Numbered from the stretch's first letter, positions 29,053-38,371 are shown. The stretch is 51,623 bases of DNA from Thermoproteota archaeon (GCA_027491395.1 JAOZFI010000025.1:1-51623); one strand, 5' to 3'. Notes: generated from the letters alone by a model not told the origin. Translations and numbers: made by a program.

Positions 29053-30882
29053 CTATCTGACCCTCATGACCACTAGCCTGCCCCTCACCCTCTCCAAGAG
29101 GGTCTTCGGGAGTTTGTAGGCTTTACCTTTTAACTTACCCCTCCCGAACATGGCGACGAAGTCATAAGGTTCCGCCTCCTTAGCTAGGGAGCTCTCATCC
29201 CCCTTGACCACGAACACCGTCACCTCGTAACCCCTTCTCCTGAGGATCGAAGCCACCTCCTCCAGGTGGGAGAGGACGAGTTCTTCGAGCTGGCGCATCT
29301 CCCCCAAATCCTCTGCTGACACTAGGTCGGTGAGGAAGAGCCTGTGCCTCCTATCGAAGTACTCCATCAGGACCTTGGCCGCCACCTCAGCCGGTATACC
29401 CGGGGGGACTATGACCAGCACCTCCATCTTGTAAGCGGCCGGCCTCACTTCATCGGCATGGAGGCGTCCCGTCACCGGGAGACCCTTTGTCTTCCTGTAG
29501 GCTGAGTAGAGGAGGAGACCCGTAGCGAGCCAGAGCGTGCCCAAGCTCCTCCCAATTGGGTGGAAGACCACCATGAGCACAAGTATTATCAGGGCAGCGA
29601 TGCTTCCAATGACGCCGGTCAGGGGCTTGTCTAGAACGGTGGGACTCTTCCAAGGTCTATAAGCCTCTCTATCCAGTTTCCTAAGTCGGAGGATGGATAG
29701 ATTGACGAACACGTAGGTAATTAGGGCAGCGAAGGTGTAGAGGTCGGCGACCTTCTCAAGACCGCCGAGGAATGTGAGGGCCATCCCTATCCCGCCGAAG
29801 AAGAGGATGGATCGAGTGGGGGTCCTGAACCTAGGGTGGATCTGGTTGAACCAAGAAGGCATTTGGCTGTACTTCGCCATGGAGAAGACTATCCTGGAGA
29901 CACCAACCACCCCGGTGTTCGCTGATGCTAGGTTGACTGTGAAGCCGGTGAACGCCACGAGGTAGGCCAGAGGCTCGCCCACGTAGGCTATTCGCCTCGC
30001 CATTGTCACCAGAGGGCTCTCTAGGTCTCTAGCCAGATGCTCCCAAGGCAGCATCCCCATGCTGAGGACCGAGAGGCCCAGGGCGTACACGAGGACCATC
30101 AGGACCGAGAGCTTGGTCGCCAAGGGGATCCACCTATAGGGCCTCTTTGTCTCCTCAGCAGCCTGTGCGATGGAGGCTATGCCCACATACGAGCTCATAG
30201 CCAGCGTTACCCCGTAGATGAAGTTCTGGCTCCTCAAATCCATGAAAGGTATGTAAGAGACATCGAGAGGATGGGGGGAGCCTATCTGGGTGATCTGAGA
30301 GAGGAAAAGGGGGAGGGAGAAGTTGAAGAGGAAGCCCAGAAGGAGGATGGCTGATTGAACTAGTAGGCTTGGAACGACCATCATCTCGTTAAGGGTAGAC
30401 GACTCCTTGATCCCTATTATATTCACTATGATGAGGAAGGAGATCATCATGAGAGTGGTGATGACGAGGTTTCCGACGTGAAAGGGGCCCACCTGCGTAA
30501 CCTCACCTATCGAGGAGATGAAGTAGCTCAGATACCCCGCTGAGGCCATGGCGAAAAGGGTTATATCCACGGTGTAGGCTAGGAGCATCATCCACCCGGC
30601 CACGAAGCCGGCGAGGTCGTTGAAGGCCTTCATGGAGTAGACCTGAACACCTCCAGCGTAGGGGTAAGTGGAGGCCAGCTCGGCGTAGCTGAGGCCCGTC
30701 GCAACGTAAAGGATCGCCGCCAGCGCGAATGCAAGGGGCGAGCCACCAGCTGCGTAGAGGGCCACGAGTCCAAGCGCGACGTATATATCAGCCCCGACGT
30801 CGGCGTAACCCATGGAGAAGGAGCCGAACCAGCCTATGTCCCTCTTTAGTGCTACCCTCTCCTCCCGCCTCTCCCTCCGCAC
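29053..30882 (-). CDS. APC family permease with a C-terminal USP-like soluble domain
   Basis: GYADVGADIY, SYAELAS.YP.AGG and HPRFRTP motifs; about 12 TM. Confidence 0.88.
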   Translation of the reverse strand: MRRERREERVALKRDIGWFGSFSMGYADVGADIYVALGLVALYAAGGSPLAFALAAILYVATGLSYAELASTYPYAGGVQVYSMKAFNDLAGFVAGWMMLLAYTVDITLFAMASAGYLSYFISSIGEVTQVGPFHVGNLVITTLMMISFLIIVNIIGIKESSTLNEMMVVPSLLVQSAILLLGFLFNFSLPLFLSQITQIGSPHPLDVSYIPFMDLRSQNFIYGVTLAMSSYVGIASIAQAAEETKRPYRWIPLATKLSVLMVLVYALGLSVLSMGMLPWEHLARDLESPLVTMARRIAYVGEPLAYLVAFTGFTVNLASANTGVVGVSRIVFSMAKYSQMPSWFNQIHPRFRTPTRSILFFGGIGMALTFLGGLEKVADLYTFAALITYVFVNLSILRLRKLDREAYRPWKSPTVLDKPLTGVIGSIAALIILVLMVVFHPIGRSLGTLWLATGLLLYSAYRKTKGLPVTGRLHADEVRPAAYKMEVLVIVPPGIPAEVAAKVLMEYFDRRHRLFLTDLVSAEDLGEMRQLEELVLSHLEEVASILRRRGYEVTVFVVKGDESSLAKEAEPYDFVAMFGRGKLKGKAYKLPKTLLERVRGRLVVMRVR

Positions 30883-30944
30883 GCCCCCACCCGACCGCCC
30901 ATGCTCGGCTCGAACGGAAGCCCATTATTAAAAGGATTAACATC

Positions 30945-32120
30945 CTACTCTGGCTCGCTGCCCGTGGCCCACCTGTTCACTAGGAACTTGGCCAAGAAGG
31001 GAGCTCCAAAGGCAGTCACGAGAGAGTAAAGTACCAGAGAAGAGTAAAGGACGTCATCTATTGTTCCCAGCCTCAATCCTGTTTCAGCAGCTGCTATGAC
31101 GAGGCTCAGTTTGGCCCACATTATTGTACCCATTACCACGGATCTCTTGATCCCAAGGACGTTCCTCGCAGATACGGTAACACCCAGAACCTTTCCCAGC
31201 AGGCTCAAGATTATGAGTCCGGGAAGGAGCCATAGATTCGTCTTCAGGATCGCGTCAACCACGTTTACCTTCACCCCCGTCAGGAGGAAGAACGCTGGGA
31301 GGAAGAGAGCATACCCGAAGGAGGCTAGGTTCCTGAGCAAGTACTCGCTGGAGTATATGAGCTCCGATACCAAGACGCCAGCGAAGAAGGCACCTATCAC
31401 CCCGTGAACCCCAGAGGCCTCGGCCATGGCAGCAAATATTATCATGAGGACCATGCTGAGCCTCGTTGAGAAGTGGTACCTCCTCTCCAAGATCTGGACC
31501 TTCTCAGTCAGCCTGGAGTACGCCTTGATCAGCTTGTAGGAAGGATAAAGGACTAGGAAGAGGAGTAGGAGGACCCAGATGGTGTCCATGGAAAGATTCG
31601 AGCCCTCCACGAAGAAGGCGAGTAGGAACATGCTTAGCATGTCCGAGACGGCGGTTGCCCCGAGCAGCAGATCTGAGAAGGATGGGTTACCGTGTCCTCC
31701 GACTTCCAGCAGATGCCTCATCTCAAGCACCGTCGGGAGGACCACGCCCACGGAGGTGGTAGAGGAAACTACGCCTATAAGCCAGGGGTTCACTCCGATC
31801 GCCATGCCTAGAGCGTAACCCATAAGGAAGGGCACCAAGGTGGCGGCAGTGCCCACCAAGAGCGCGGTAAAGAAGTTCTCCTTGAGGAACTCGAGCTCTA
31901 CCTCAAGCCCGGCTAGGAACAGCAGATATATAAGGCCGAAATCGAAGAGGAACGAGAACCAAGGGAGATCTGGCTGCACTAAGTTCAGGAAGGACCGCCC
32001 TATCACGATCCCCATGGCTATCTCCACGACGACGCAGGGGACTCCAGTTTTTCTGGCTATGAGTGGACAGATAATGGCGAGGACTCCCAACAAAGCCAGC
32101 TGAACTATCTCCGACGCCAA
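30945..32120 (-). CDS. Cation:proton antiporter (CPA2/KefB-like)
   Basis: LLFLAGLE, STTSVGVV, IGAFFAG and FLPAFF motifs. Confidence 0.9.
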   Translation of the reverse strand: MASEIVQLALLGVLAIICPLIARKTGVPCVVVEIAMGIVIGRSFLNLVQPDLPWFSFLFDFGLIYLLFLAGLEVELEFLKENFFTALLVGTAATLVPFLMGYALGMAIGVNPWLIGVVSSTTSVGVVLPTVLEMRHLLEVGGHGNPSFSDLLLGATAVSDMLSMFLLAFFVEGSNLSMDTIWVLLLLFLVLYPSYKLIKAYSRLTEKVQILERRYHFSTRLSMVLMIIFAAMAEASGVHGVIGAFFAGVLVSELIYSSEYLLRNLASFGYALFLPAFFLLTGVKVNVVDAILKTNLWLLPGLIILSLLGKVLGVTVSARNVLGIKRSVVMGTIMWAKLSLVIAAAETGLRLGTIDDVLYSSLVLYSLVTAFGAPFLAKFLVNRWATGSEPE

Positions 32121-32132
32121 GGGCTACCCCCT

Positions 32133-33011
32133 TCAACGAGCGGTTAAGCGGTTCAGCGCCTCCAGATCAACGTACTTGGAGAGCTCCTCGTTCATGGAAA
32201 GCATGTGTGCCTCCACCAGTTGAGCAACACTCCTGCCTAAAGGTGTGAGCCTGTAGTAGACTCCCCTCTTCGTGTCAGGTCCCTTCTCCTTCACCAAGAG
32301 TTCGCCATCCTCGAAGTAGCGCTTGATGTAGTAATCCAAACTTACGATCTTTGACCTCTCGTCCTCCATCCCCTTATCTCTTCTCTTCTTCATCTTATTC
32401 CTGATCTTCACATACTTTATTAGGGTTTGGGGAGATGCGAGCACGCCAGCCTGTTCGAGCCTGCTGACCGCGTAGAGTATGGCGAGGGAGACCTCGTTCA
32501 GCTTCCAGGTTGGGTAGGCTATCAGTTCCCTGTACCCAGCTTCATCCAGTTCTATAGTCCTGGCGTTTAGATAGAGAGCTAGGTGAAAGAGAGGGATCTT
32601 GAGGAATCCGGAGCATACGACCAAGATCCTCAGCTTCCTCTGGCCTCCAGAGGAGTTGATCTTCCTGACCCTCTTGGCCAGTCCCACCATTGAGGATATC
32701 ACAGTGAGCTGATCCAGCGAGGGAAGTTTCTCTTCCACGACGCTTTCGGTGGAATTTATCAGCTCTAGCTTATTCCGGAACTCCTCGTAACCCTCTCCTA
32801 TCAGCCCATCCTTGATCAGGAAGGCGAACCTAATCATCCTGAGGTCATCAGCTACGAGCCTCTCGAACATCCTGAAGTCTGTGGAGGTAGGGGCGACCAA
32901 GAGGTAAAAGGAATCGGAAAGATCGATGGCCTTCTCAGCGCTCCTGCTCAGGACCTTCTCCAGCCTTTCAAGTCCAGAGCTCCCGCGCCCTACCCCCATT
33001 GGAATCATCAA
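32133..33011 (-). CDS. Putative CARF-like (Csa3/DUF6293-type) Rossmann domain plus winged-HTH transcriptional regulator
   Basis: Alternating beta/alpha N-domain with ILVVCSGFLKIP (compare the CARF motif xxxSGGxK/R), a PTWKLNE..LAIL linker and a wing ending YYRLTPLG. Confidence 0.55.
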   Translation of the reverse strand: MMIPMGVGRGSSGLERLEKVLSRSAEKAIDLSDSFYLLVAPTSTDFRMFERLVADDLRMIRFAFLIKDGLIGEGYEEFRNKLELINSTESVVEEKLPSLDQLTVISSMVGLAKRVRKINSSGGQRKLRILVVCSGFLKIPLFHLALYLNARTIELDEAGYRELIAYPTWKLNEVSLAILYAVSRLEQAGVLASPQTLIKYVKIRNKMKKRRDKGMEDERSKIVSLDYYIKRYFEDGELLVKEKGPDTKRGVYYRLTPLGRSVAQLVEAHMLSMNEELSKYVDLEALNRLTAR

Positions 33012-33192
33012 AATTGATTTTGATAACTTATAACCTTTATGATTTCAGCAAACGGCTTTTATTTGAAAACACATTTCTTATATGTGTAGAGCTGTTTTGA
33101 ATACAAAATTTATTCTTACTCAATGCGAAATTACTGTAATAGTACCACTTAATGGTTATAAAGGAAAACTTATGCATCACATTGATAACGCC
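33012..33192. promoter_or_regulatory. AT-rich divergent promoter with back-to-back TATA boxes and candidate palindromic operators
   Basis: TTATAACC (33028-33035) is the reverse complement of GGTTATAA (33154-33161). ACACAT-N7-ATGTGT lies at 33069-33087 and ATTAC-T-GTAAT at 33130-33140. Confidence 0.55.
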
Positions 33193-34251
33193 ATGTCAAA
33201 CCGATCGGGCAGGAGGTACAGGCTAGCTGGCGAGGAGCTCGATCCGGTGATCGGACCCTATGGGAAGTACCACGAACTTCTGAGGAGTATAGCGTCAGAT
33301 CTCGCCGAGAACCTCTCCGGCATCATCAAGAGGGTCGATGAAATCGCTCCAAAGCTTAGAGACGTGCTCCCCATCTTCGAGTTAAGGGGGAGAGATGCCT
33401 CTTCAGTGAGGATAGGCGCCGTGGACGCTGGGGCCAACGGGAAGGACTTGATCCTAGGCTATCAGCCGGTGAGCGTAGCAGTAGGTGCGGTGTTCATAGG
33501 GACAATGAAGGAAGGCGATCCTGTTGTGGCTACGGTGAAGCCCCCTAGATCCTACTTCGATGACGAGGAGGGCTCCAAGTTCTCCTCCCTTCTTGGCTAC
33601 TACCTCATGTATCGGCTGGGTATAACCCTCTTGGAGAGATCAGATGTCCTCATCTTGGACGGTCCCCTCTTCCTCCCCAGAAATTACTACGGGCCTAGGG
33701 GAAGGGCCCACGCTAGGGCATACTACGAGGTCTACGATGCGGCCCTCCGCTCCCTTGGGGAGCTCTTGAGGACAGCCAGATCCATGGAGAAGATCGTGGT
33801 AGGGATAGTCAAGAGGATCAGGAGCTCGTACATCTCTGGGTGGCTCGGGTTAAGCGGCTATCCCGACTCGATGCTCGCTTCGAGCCTGCTCAGAGAGGGC
33901 GAGGCCTTGGGACCGATTCCTATAAATCCCAAGTGGGAGGATGTCCTCACCTGGCTGGACGACACGAGGCCGTACAGACCTTGGTCCGTGTTCTTCAGAA
34001 GGGGTTCCAAACCCACGAGGATGGATCTCCCGGAGTACGCGCTAGATAACTCTGAATGGTTAGCCAACATCCTCTACAATGTTTCCGAACCTGTTACGGG
34101 TCTCCCCATCCCACTGATAGCCGTGGATAGGCTCTCCAAACTGACCGACAGGCAGGCCTCCCTCATCTACAGGATGATACTCTCGGAGATGGGCTGCAGG
34201 GACCCGGACAGGGTGGCGATGTTCTCCCTTCAAAGGGGTGAGAGCGATTGA
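33193..34251 (+). CDS. nurA: NurA-family nuclease
   Basis: IGAVDAG and VLILDGPL acidic motifs, VGIVKR, and a GLPIPLIAVD C-terminal motif. It overlaps the herA-like gene by 4 nt. ATG at 33193 is preferred. Confidence 0.82.
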   Translation: MSNRSGRRYRLAGEELDPVIGPYGKYHELLRSIASDLAENLSGIIKRVDEIAPKLRDVLPIFELRGRDASSVRIGAVDAGANGKDLILGYQPVSVAVGAVFIGTMKEGDPVVATVKPPRSYFDDEEGSKFSSLLGYYLMYRLGITLLERSDVLILDGPLFLPRNYYGPRGRAHARAYYEVYDAALRSLGELLRTARSMEKIVVGIVKRIRSSYISGWLGLSGYPDSMLASSLLREGEALGPIPINPKWEDVLTWLDDTRPYRPWSVFFRRGSKPTRMDLPEYALDNSEWLANILYNVSEPVTGLPIPLIAVDRLSKLTDRQASLIYRMILSEMGCRDPDRVAMFSLQRGESD

Positions 34252-36803
34252 CTGATGTGGTCGGCCATGTGATCTCCCGCTCTACTCCCAGAAGGATCAT
34301 GTTCGTGGTCCTGAAGGGGGCCAGAGTTGGAATGGGGGATTTTTACGTGGTCGACCATCCTTGGAAGGGAGTTCCCGTCTTCATAAGGGTTAGGGAAATC
34401 CAGACCATAAATGAGGAAGTGGATCTGGGAAGGACGGGTCTCCTCGCCAGCAGCTCGGGACTCCTCTCGGACTATAGCAGTGAGCTGGAGTACGTGATAG
34501 TGGAGAGTGAGGTCCTGGGGTACAGGGATCCGGAGAGCGGCAGGATAAGGGGACTAGAGACCCCTCCATCAACCCTTTCACCTGTCAGGCGGCCATCTAG
34601 GTCTGATCTGATCTCCTTCTTAGGATCTGGGAATGGTAGGGGCCTACCCGTGAGAATAGGGAGGGTCAAGGGAACGTCGGTCCCGTTCCACTTGGACCTC
34701 GCCTCGGTGGCTAGGGGTCACATGTTCGTGACCGGGATGACCAGAAGCGGGAAGAGCGTTACCGAGGACACGATCGTCCTCCTCTTCAACAGGGAGAAGG
34801 GGAAGTACTTCCTAGGCCCCATAAGGAAGTTCGTGGACCCCTACCTCCCAAGGAGGGCTAGGAGGGGGATAGTGGACATGAGAGGGTGGGGGTGGGAGAC
34901 CCTCACCTTGGGCCCCGGGATGAGACCCGAGTGGAGACCTATAGCAGGTGCCCTGAGGCATGTGAACGACAAGGAGATATACGAGATCGAGACGGCCACT
35001 GGGAGGAGGATCAGGGTCACTGAGGACCACAGCCTGCTCGTCACCCCAGACGGGACGAGCATCATACCCGTCAAGCCCAAGACTCTCATGGCCATGAGGA
35101 GCAAGTACCTGATAGTGCCTAGGGGGGCTCCCCTACCGAAGCCCAAGTCCACCAGCATGTACATGGACAGGCTCATAGGCATTGCCTTGGCTTCTGGGGT
35201 CCCTTATTTTGAGGGTGGGGTCCTCGTAATGGATTCATCGCCCGCAGACGTGAGAGTCGCATGCATGGAGGCAGGAGTGGACTGCGAGGCCATGGGCAGG
35301 GCTGCGGTACGCGTCAGATCCGAGCTTCTCATGGACGCCGTGGCGGAGGGACTGGCCTCAATACTCAACCTCCCGATGAGCCACCAGCACTTCACCGGCT
35401 CCTTTCTGTATCCCCTGCCCAGCGCCCTCAAAGAATACCTCTACAGGAGGCTCCTCCCCTACGTAAACGGGAAGTCCGTGGTGATGATGGAGAGCGAGGA
35501 CAGGGTGCTCGCGTCCTCCATTCTGCTCTCACTGATTGGAGTTACGACCCTAGAGATGTGCGATAGGGGACTGAAGCTGGATCCGGCCACAGCTGCTATG
35601 CTCAGGGACAAGCTGGAGATGCCGCACATGTTCGTGGAGGAGATGGATGGAGCTCTAACGCTTGGCGATCCGAGGAGGGAGACCAAGGTAGCTGAAGGGG
35701 TCGTCCAGAAGGGATGGGTCGACTTGGAGAGAGTGGTGAGAGTCGAGAGGCTGTATTCTAGACGCGAGTTCGTGTACGATCTGGATGTGCCGGGAGCCCA
35801 GAACTTCCTCGCCAACGGGATCTTCGCCCACAACAGCAGCTTCGTCTCCAGCCTCATTTCAAAGTCGTCGCAGCTCCATCCTAGGCCTAGTTTCCTCGTT
35901 CTGGACAGGAGGGGGGAGTACGTCGGGCTGGCGAAGAGAGGAGCCGTGATCTACGACTACACAGCATTCCTTCCCAAGCACGGACTGGCTAGGCCTAGTG
36001 ACGTGGCGAGGAGGTTGGGGTACAGGAGGGGAACCCTCTCCCACCGGCTCGTGCTCTCGGCGGCTGAGGAGGTCATGAGCGAGGGCGAGGAGCCGGACCT
36101 CCAATCCCTGATCAGGGCGATCAGGAGGGTAGCGAGGGAGATGAAGGTCAAATCCTCACTCGTGGCCGAAGTGGAGGCTAGGTTGAGGAGGGAGCTCCCT
36201 AATCTAGTGGCTGGGGGCGGTGGCCTCGATGTGGTCGAGGAGGTGATGAAGAACCCCCTCATCATAGTGGACCTCTCCTCAGACACTAGGTATGAGGACC
36301 AATTTTACGCGGTCAGGGAGATGGTAAGGAGGCTCACCAATTACGCCGTGTCTAGGAGGAACGAGGGGGACTTCGCCCTCATCGTGGTCATAGAGGAAGC
36401 CCAGTATCTAGTCCCGGAGAGGGGTTACACCATAGTGGGGGACCCCTACGAGGCTGGAGCGGCCCAGGCCATAATAGAGGCGATAAGCCAGGCCGGCGGC
36501 TACAACTTGGGCTTCGTGGTGGTGACCCAGAGGCCGGCATACGTGAGCAAGAGCGTGATCAGCCAGACCAACACGGTGGCGGCGTTCAGGTTGAGGAATG
36601 GGAACGATCAGGAGGCCATCATGAAGTACACCGAGGCGGAGGATTTCTCCAATTACTTGGCGATGCTCTCCGACCACGAAGCTTTGGTGTGGGGCATGGC
36701 CAGCCCCATACCCTTCCCGGTGCAGGTGGAGGTGGAAGTGGTGAGCCTGCCGGCGAAGGCCTCTAGGCCGCCGGAGGAGGCTTGGGCGCGCATGCACGGG
36801 TAA
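34248..36803 (+). CDS. herA: HerA-family ATPase (HAS barrel plus ATPase) containing an intein
   Basis: HAS-barrel N-terminus (VVGHVI...GDFYVV), HMFVTGMTRSGK|S, LVLDRRGEY, IIVDLS, VVIEEAQ and VTQRP...SQTNT motifs. Confidence 0.88.
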   Translation: MTDVVGHVISRSTPRRIMFVVLKGARVGMGDFYVVDHPWKGVPVFIRVREIQTINEEVDLGRTGLLASSSGLLSDYSSELEYVIVESEVLGYRDPESGRIRGLETPPSTLSPVRRPSRSDLISFLGSGNGRGLPVRIGRVKGTSVPFHLDLASVARGHMFVTGMTRSGKSVTEDTIVLLFNREKGKYFLGPIRKFVDPYLPRRARRGIVDMRGWGWETLTLGPGMRPEWRPIAGALRHVNDKEIYEIETATGRRIRVTEDHSLLVTPDGTSIIPVKPKTLMAMRSKYLIVPRGAPLPKPKSTSMYMDRLIGIALASGVPYFEGGVLVMDSSPADVRVACMEAGVDCEAMGRAAVRVRSELLMDAVAEGLASILNLPMSHQHFTGSFLYPLPSALKEYLYRRLLPYVNGKSVVMMESEDRVLASSILLSLIGVTTLEMCDRGLKLDPATAAMLRDKLEMPHMFVEEMDGALTLGDPRRETKVAEGVVQKGWVDLERVVRVERLYSRREFVYDLDVPGAQNFLANGIFAHNSSFVSSLISKSSQLHPRPSFLVLDRRGEYVGLAKRGAVIYDYTAFLPKHGLARPSDVARRLGYRRGTLSHRLVLSAAEEVMSEGEEPDLQSLIRAIRRVAREMKVKSSLVAEVEARLRRELPNLVAGGGGLDVVEEVMKNPLIIVDLSSDTRYEDQFYAVREMVRRLTNYAVSRRNEGDFALIVVIEEAQYLVPERGYTIVGDPYEAGAAQAIIEAISQAGGYNLGFVVVTQRPAYVSKSVISQTNTVAAFRLRNGNDQEAIMKYTEAEDFSNYLAMLSDHEALVWGMASPIPFPVQVEVEVVSLPAKASRPPEEAWARMHG
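34755..35834 (+). mobile_element. Intein (360 aa) with a degenerate LAGLIDADG-like central region
   Basis: Starts SVTEDT directly after Walker A GK. It has block B IRVTEDHSL and block F/G VYDLDVPGAQNFLANGIFAHN, with Ser at +1. Removal leaves a 491-aa ATPase with GMTRSGKS restored. Confidence 0.93.
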
Positions 36804-36850
36804 AAATTTTAACATACTCACTTTTTATAGAACGGAACGGCCTATGCCCT

Positions 36851-38371
36851 ATGAGTTCGTTCAACCCCATTCCAGAGGGGTCGAGGCGAGTCAGAATATT
36901 CGACTCGACCCTCAGTCAGGGGGAGCTGGTCCCAGGCATATCCTTCTCAACCCAAGCAAAGATGGAGATAGCCATGAACCTCGACGCCCTCGGCGTTGAC
37001 GTGATAGAGGCTGGATTCCCCGCTGCCTCCGAGGGAGAGAGAAAGGCTGTTTCCGAAGTGGTCAAGGCCGTTAAACGCATATCCAGAGCTGGATTCTCTG
37101 CAGAGATATGCGCCTTGGCCAGAGCCCTCCCAACAGATGTGGAGCTTGCCTTGGAGACCGAGGCGGACTGCGTTCACATCTTCATGCCCGCGAGCAAGCT
37201 CCACCTCGAGAAGAGGCTGAGGATGAGCTACGAGGAGGCCTTAAATCACGTGATGGACTCGGTGAGCAAGGCAAAGTCGGGAGGGGCCGTGGTGGAGTTC
37301 ACCGCTGAGGACGCGTCTAGGGCCGATCCTGATTTCCTCTGGAGGCTCTGCAAGGGTGCTGAGGAGGCTGGGGCCGACAGGGTAAATCTCACCGATTCTG
37401 TTGGCGCGCTCACGCCAGAGGGAGCCGCTAACATGGTCAGGGAGGCAAAGAAGCACCTCACCAAGCCCGTTAGCGTGGCCTTCTTCAACGATCTGGGAAT
37501 GGCTACCGCAAATTCCGTGGCCGCGGTCCTCGCTGGGGCCGATCAGGTTCACACTTCCGTCAATGGGCTCGGGCCCAAGGCGGGACTGGCCCCCTTGGAG
37601 CAGGTCGCCGTTGCTCTTAAAGAGCTCGCGCAGGTGGAGACGGGAGTTCAGCTTCAGCTCCTGTCTGAGGTGAGCGAGCTCGTGGAGAGATTGAGCGGAG
37701 TGCCTATATACGAGATCGCCCCTATAGTCGGTCCTCTCACTTACACTTACGAGGCAGGCGTGCATGTCCACGCGATATCGGTTGACCCCTCCACATACGA
37801 GCTCATCCCTCCGGAGAGGGTCGGTAGGAGGAGGCGCTTCATAGTGGGCAAGCTGTCGGGCAGGACTGCCGTGGTGCAGACCCTCAGGGAGATGGGTTAC
37901 GAGGCGGATGAGACCAAGGTGGAGGAGATACTCGCCAAGGTGAAGGAGCTGGCCGATAAAGGCGTGAGGATAACTGAGGGCATCTTCAGGTCCATAGTGG
38001 AGGAGGTGTTCGGCGAGGGCAGGGGTAAGTGGTTCGAGGTCCTCGAATGGATGGTCGTGACTGGGAGCGGCGTGACCCCCACAGCTCAGGTGAGGGCGAG
38101 GGTAGGGGACAGGGAGCTCCGGGCCGCATCCTTCGGTGTCGGTCCCGTAGACGCTCTAGCGAATACCATGAGATCTTTGGAGGGGGTTCCGGACTTCAAG
38201 CTCAGGAGGTTCAGGTTGAGAGCCATCTCATCCGGCACCGACGCGATAGGCGAGGTGCTGATAAGGGTTCTCGGACCCAAAGGTGAGGTGGAAGCGAGCG
38301 GGACCAGTCCAGACATACTCGAGGCCTCACTCAAGGCCTTGGAGGATTCGATAAACAAGATCAAGGAGTGA
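36851..38371 (+). CDS. LeuA/CimA (DRE-TIM metallolyase) homologue with regulatory domain and degenerate catalytic motifs
   Basis: GVDVIEAGFPAAS, EDASRAD, VGKLSGR, GVGPVDA and a C-terminal LeuA dimer domain. It has DSTLSQGE in place of DTTLRDGE and VAFFND in place of xHxHND. Confidence 0.85.
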   Translation: MSSFNPIPEGSRRVRIFDSTLSQGELVPGISFSTQAKMEIAMNLDALGVDVIEAGFPAASEGERKAVSEVVKAVKRISRAGFSAEICALARALPTDVELALETEADCVHIFMPASKLHLEKRLRMSYEEALNHVMDSVSKAKSGGAVVEFTAEDASRADPDFLWRLCKGAEEAGADRVNLTDSVGALTPEGAANMVREAKKHLTKPVSVAFFNDLGMATANSVAAVLAGADQVHTSVNGLGPKAGLAPLEQVAVALKELAQVETGVQLQLLSEVSELVERLSGVPIYEIAPIVGPLTYTYEAGVHVHAISVDPSTYELIPPERVGRRRRFIVGKLSGRTAVVQTLREMGYEADETKVEEILAKVKELADKGVRITEGIFRSIVEEVFGEGRGKWFEVLEWMVVTGSGVTPTAQVRARVGDRELRAASFGVGPVDALANTMRSLEGVPDFKLRRFRLRAISSGTDAIGEVLIRVLGPKGEVEASGTSPDILEASLKALEDSINKIKE

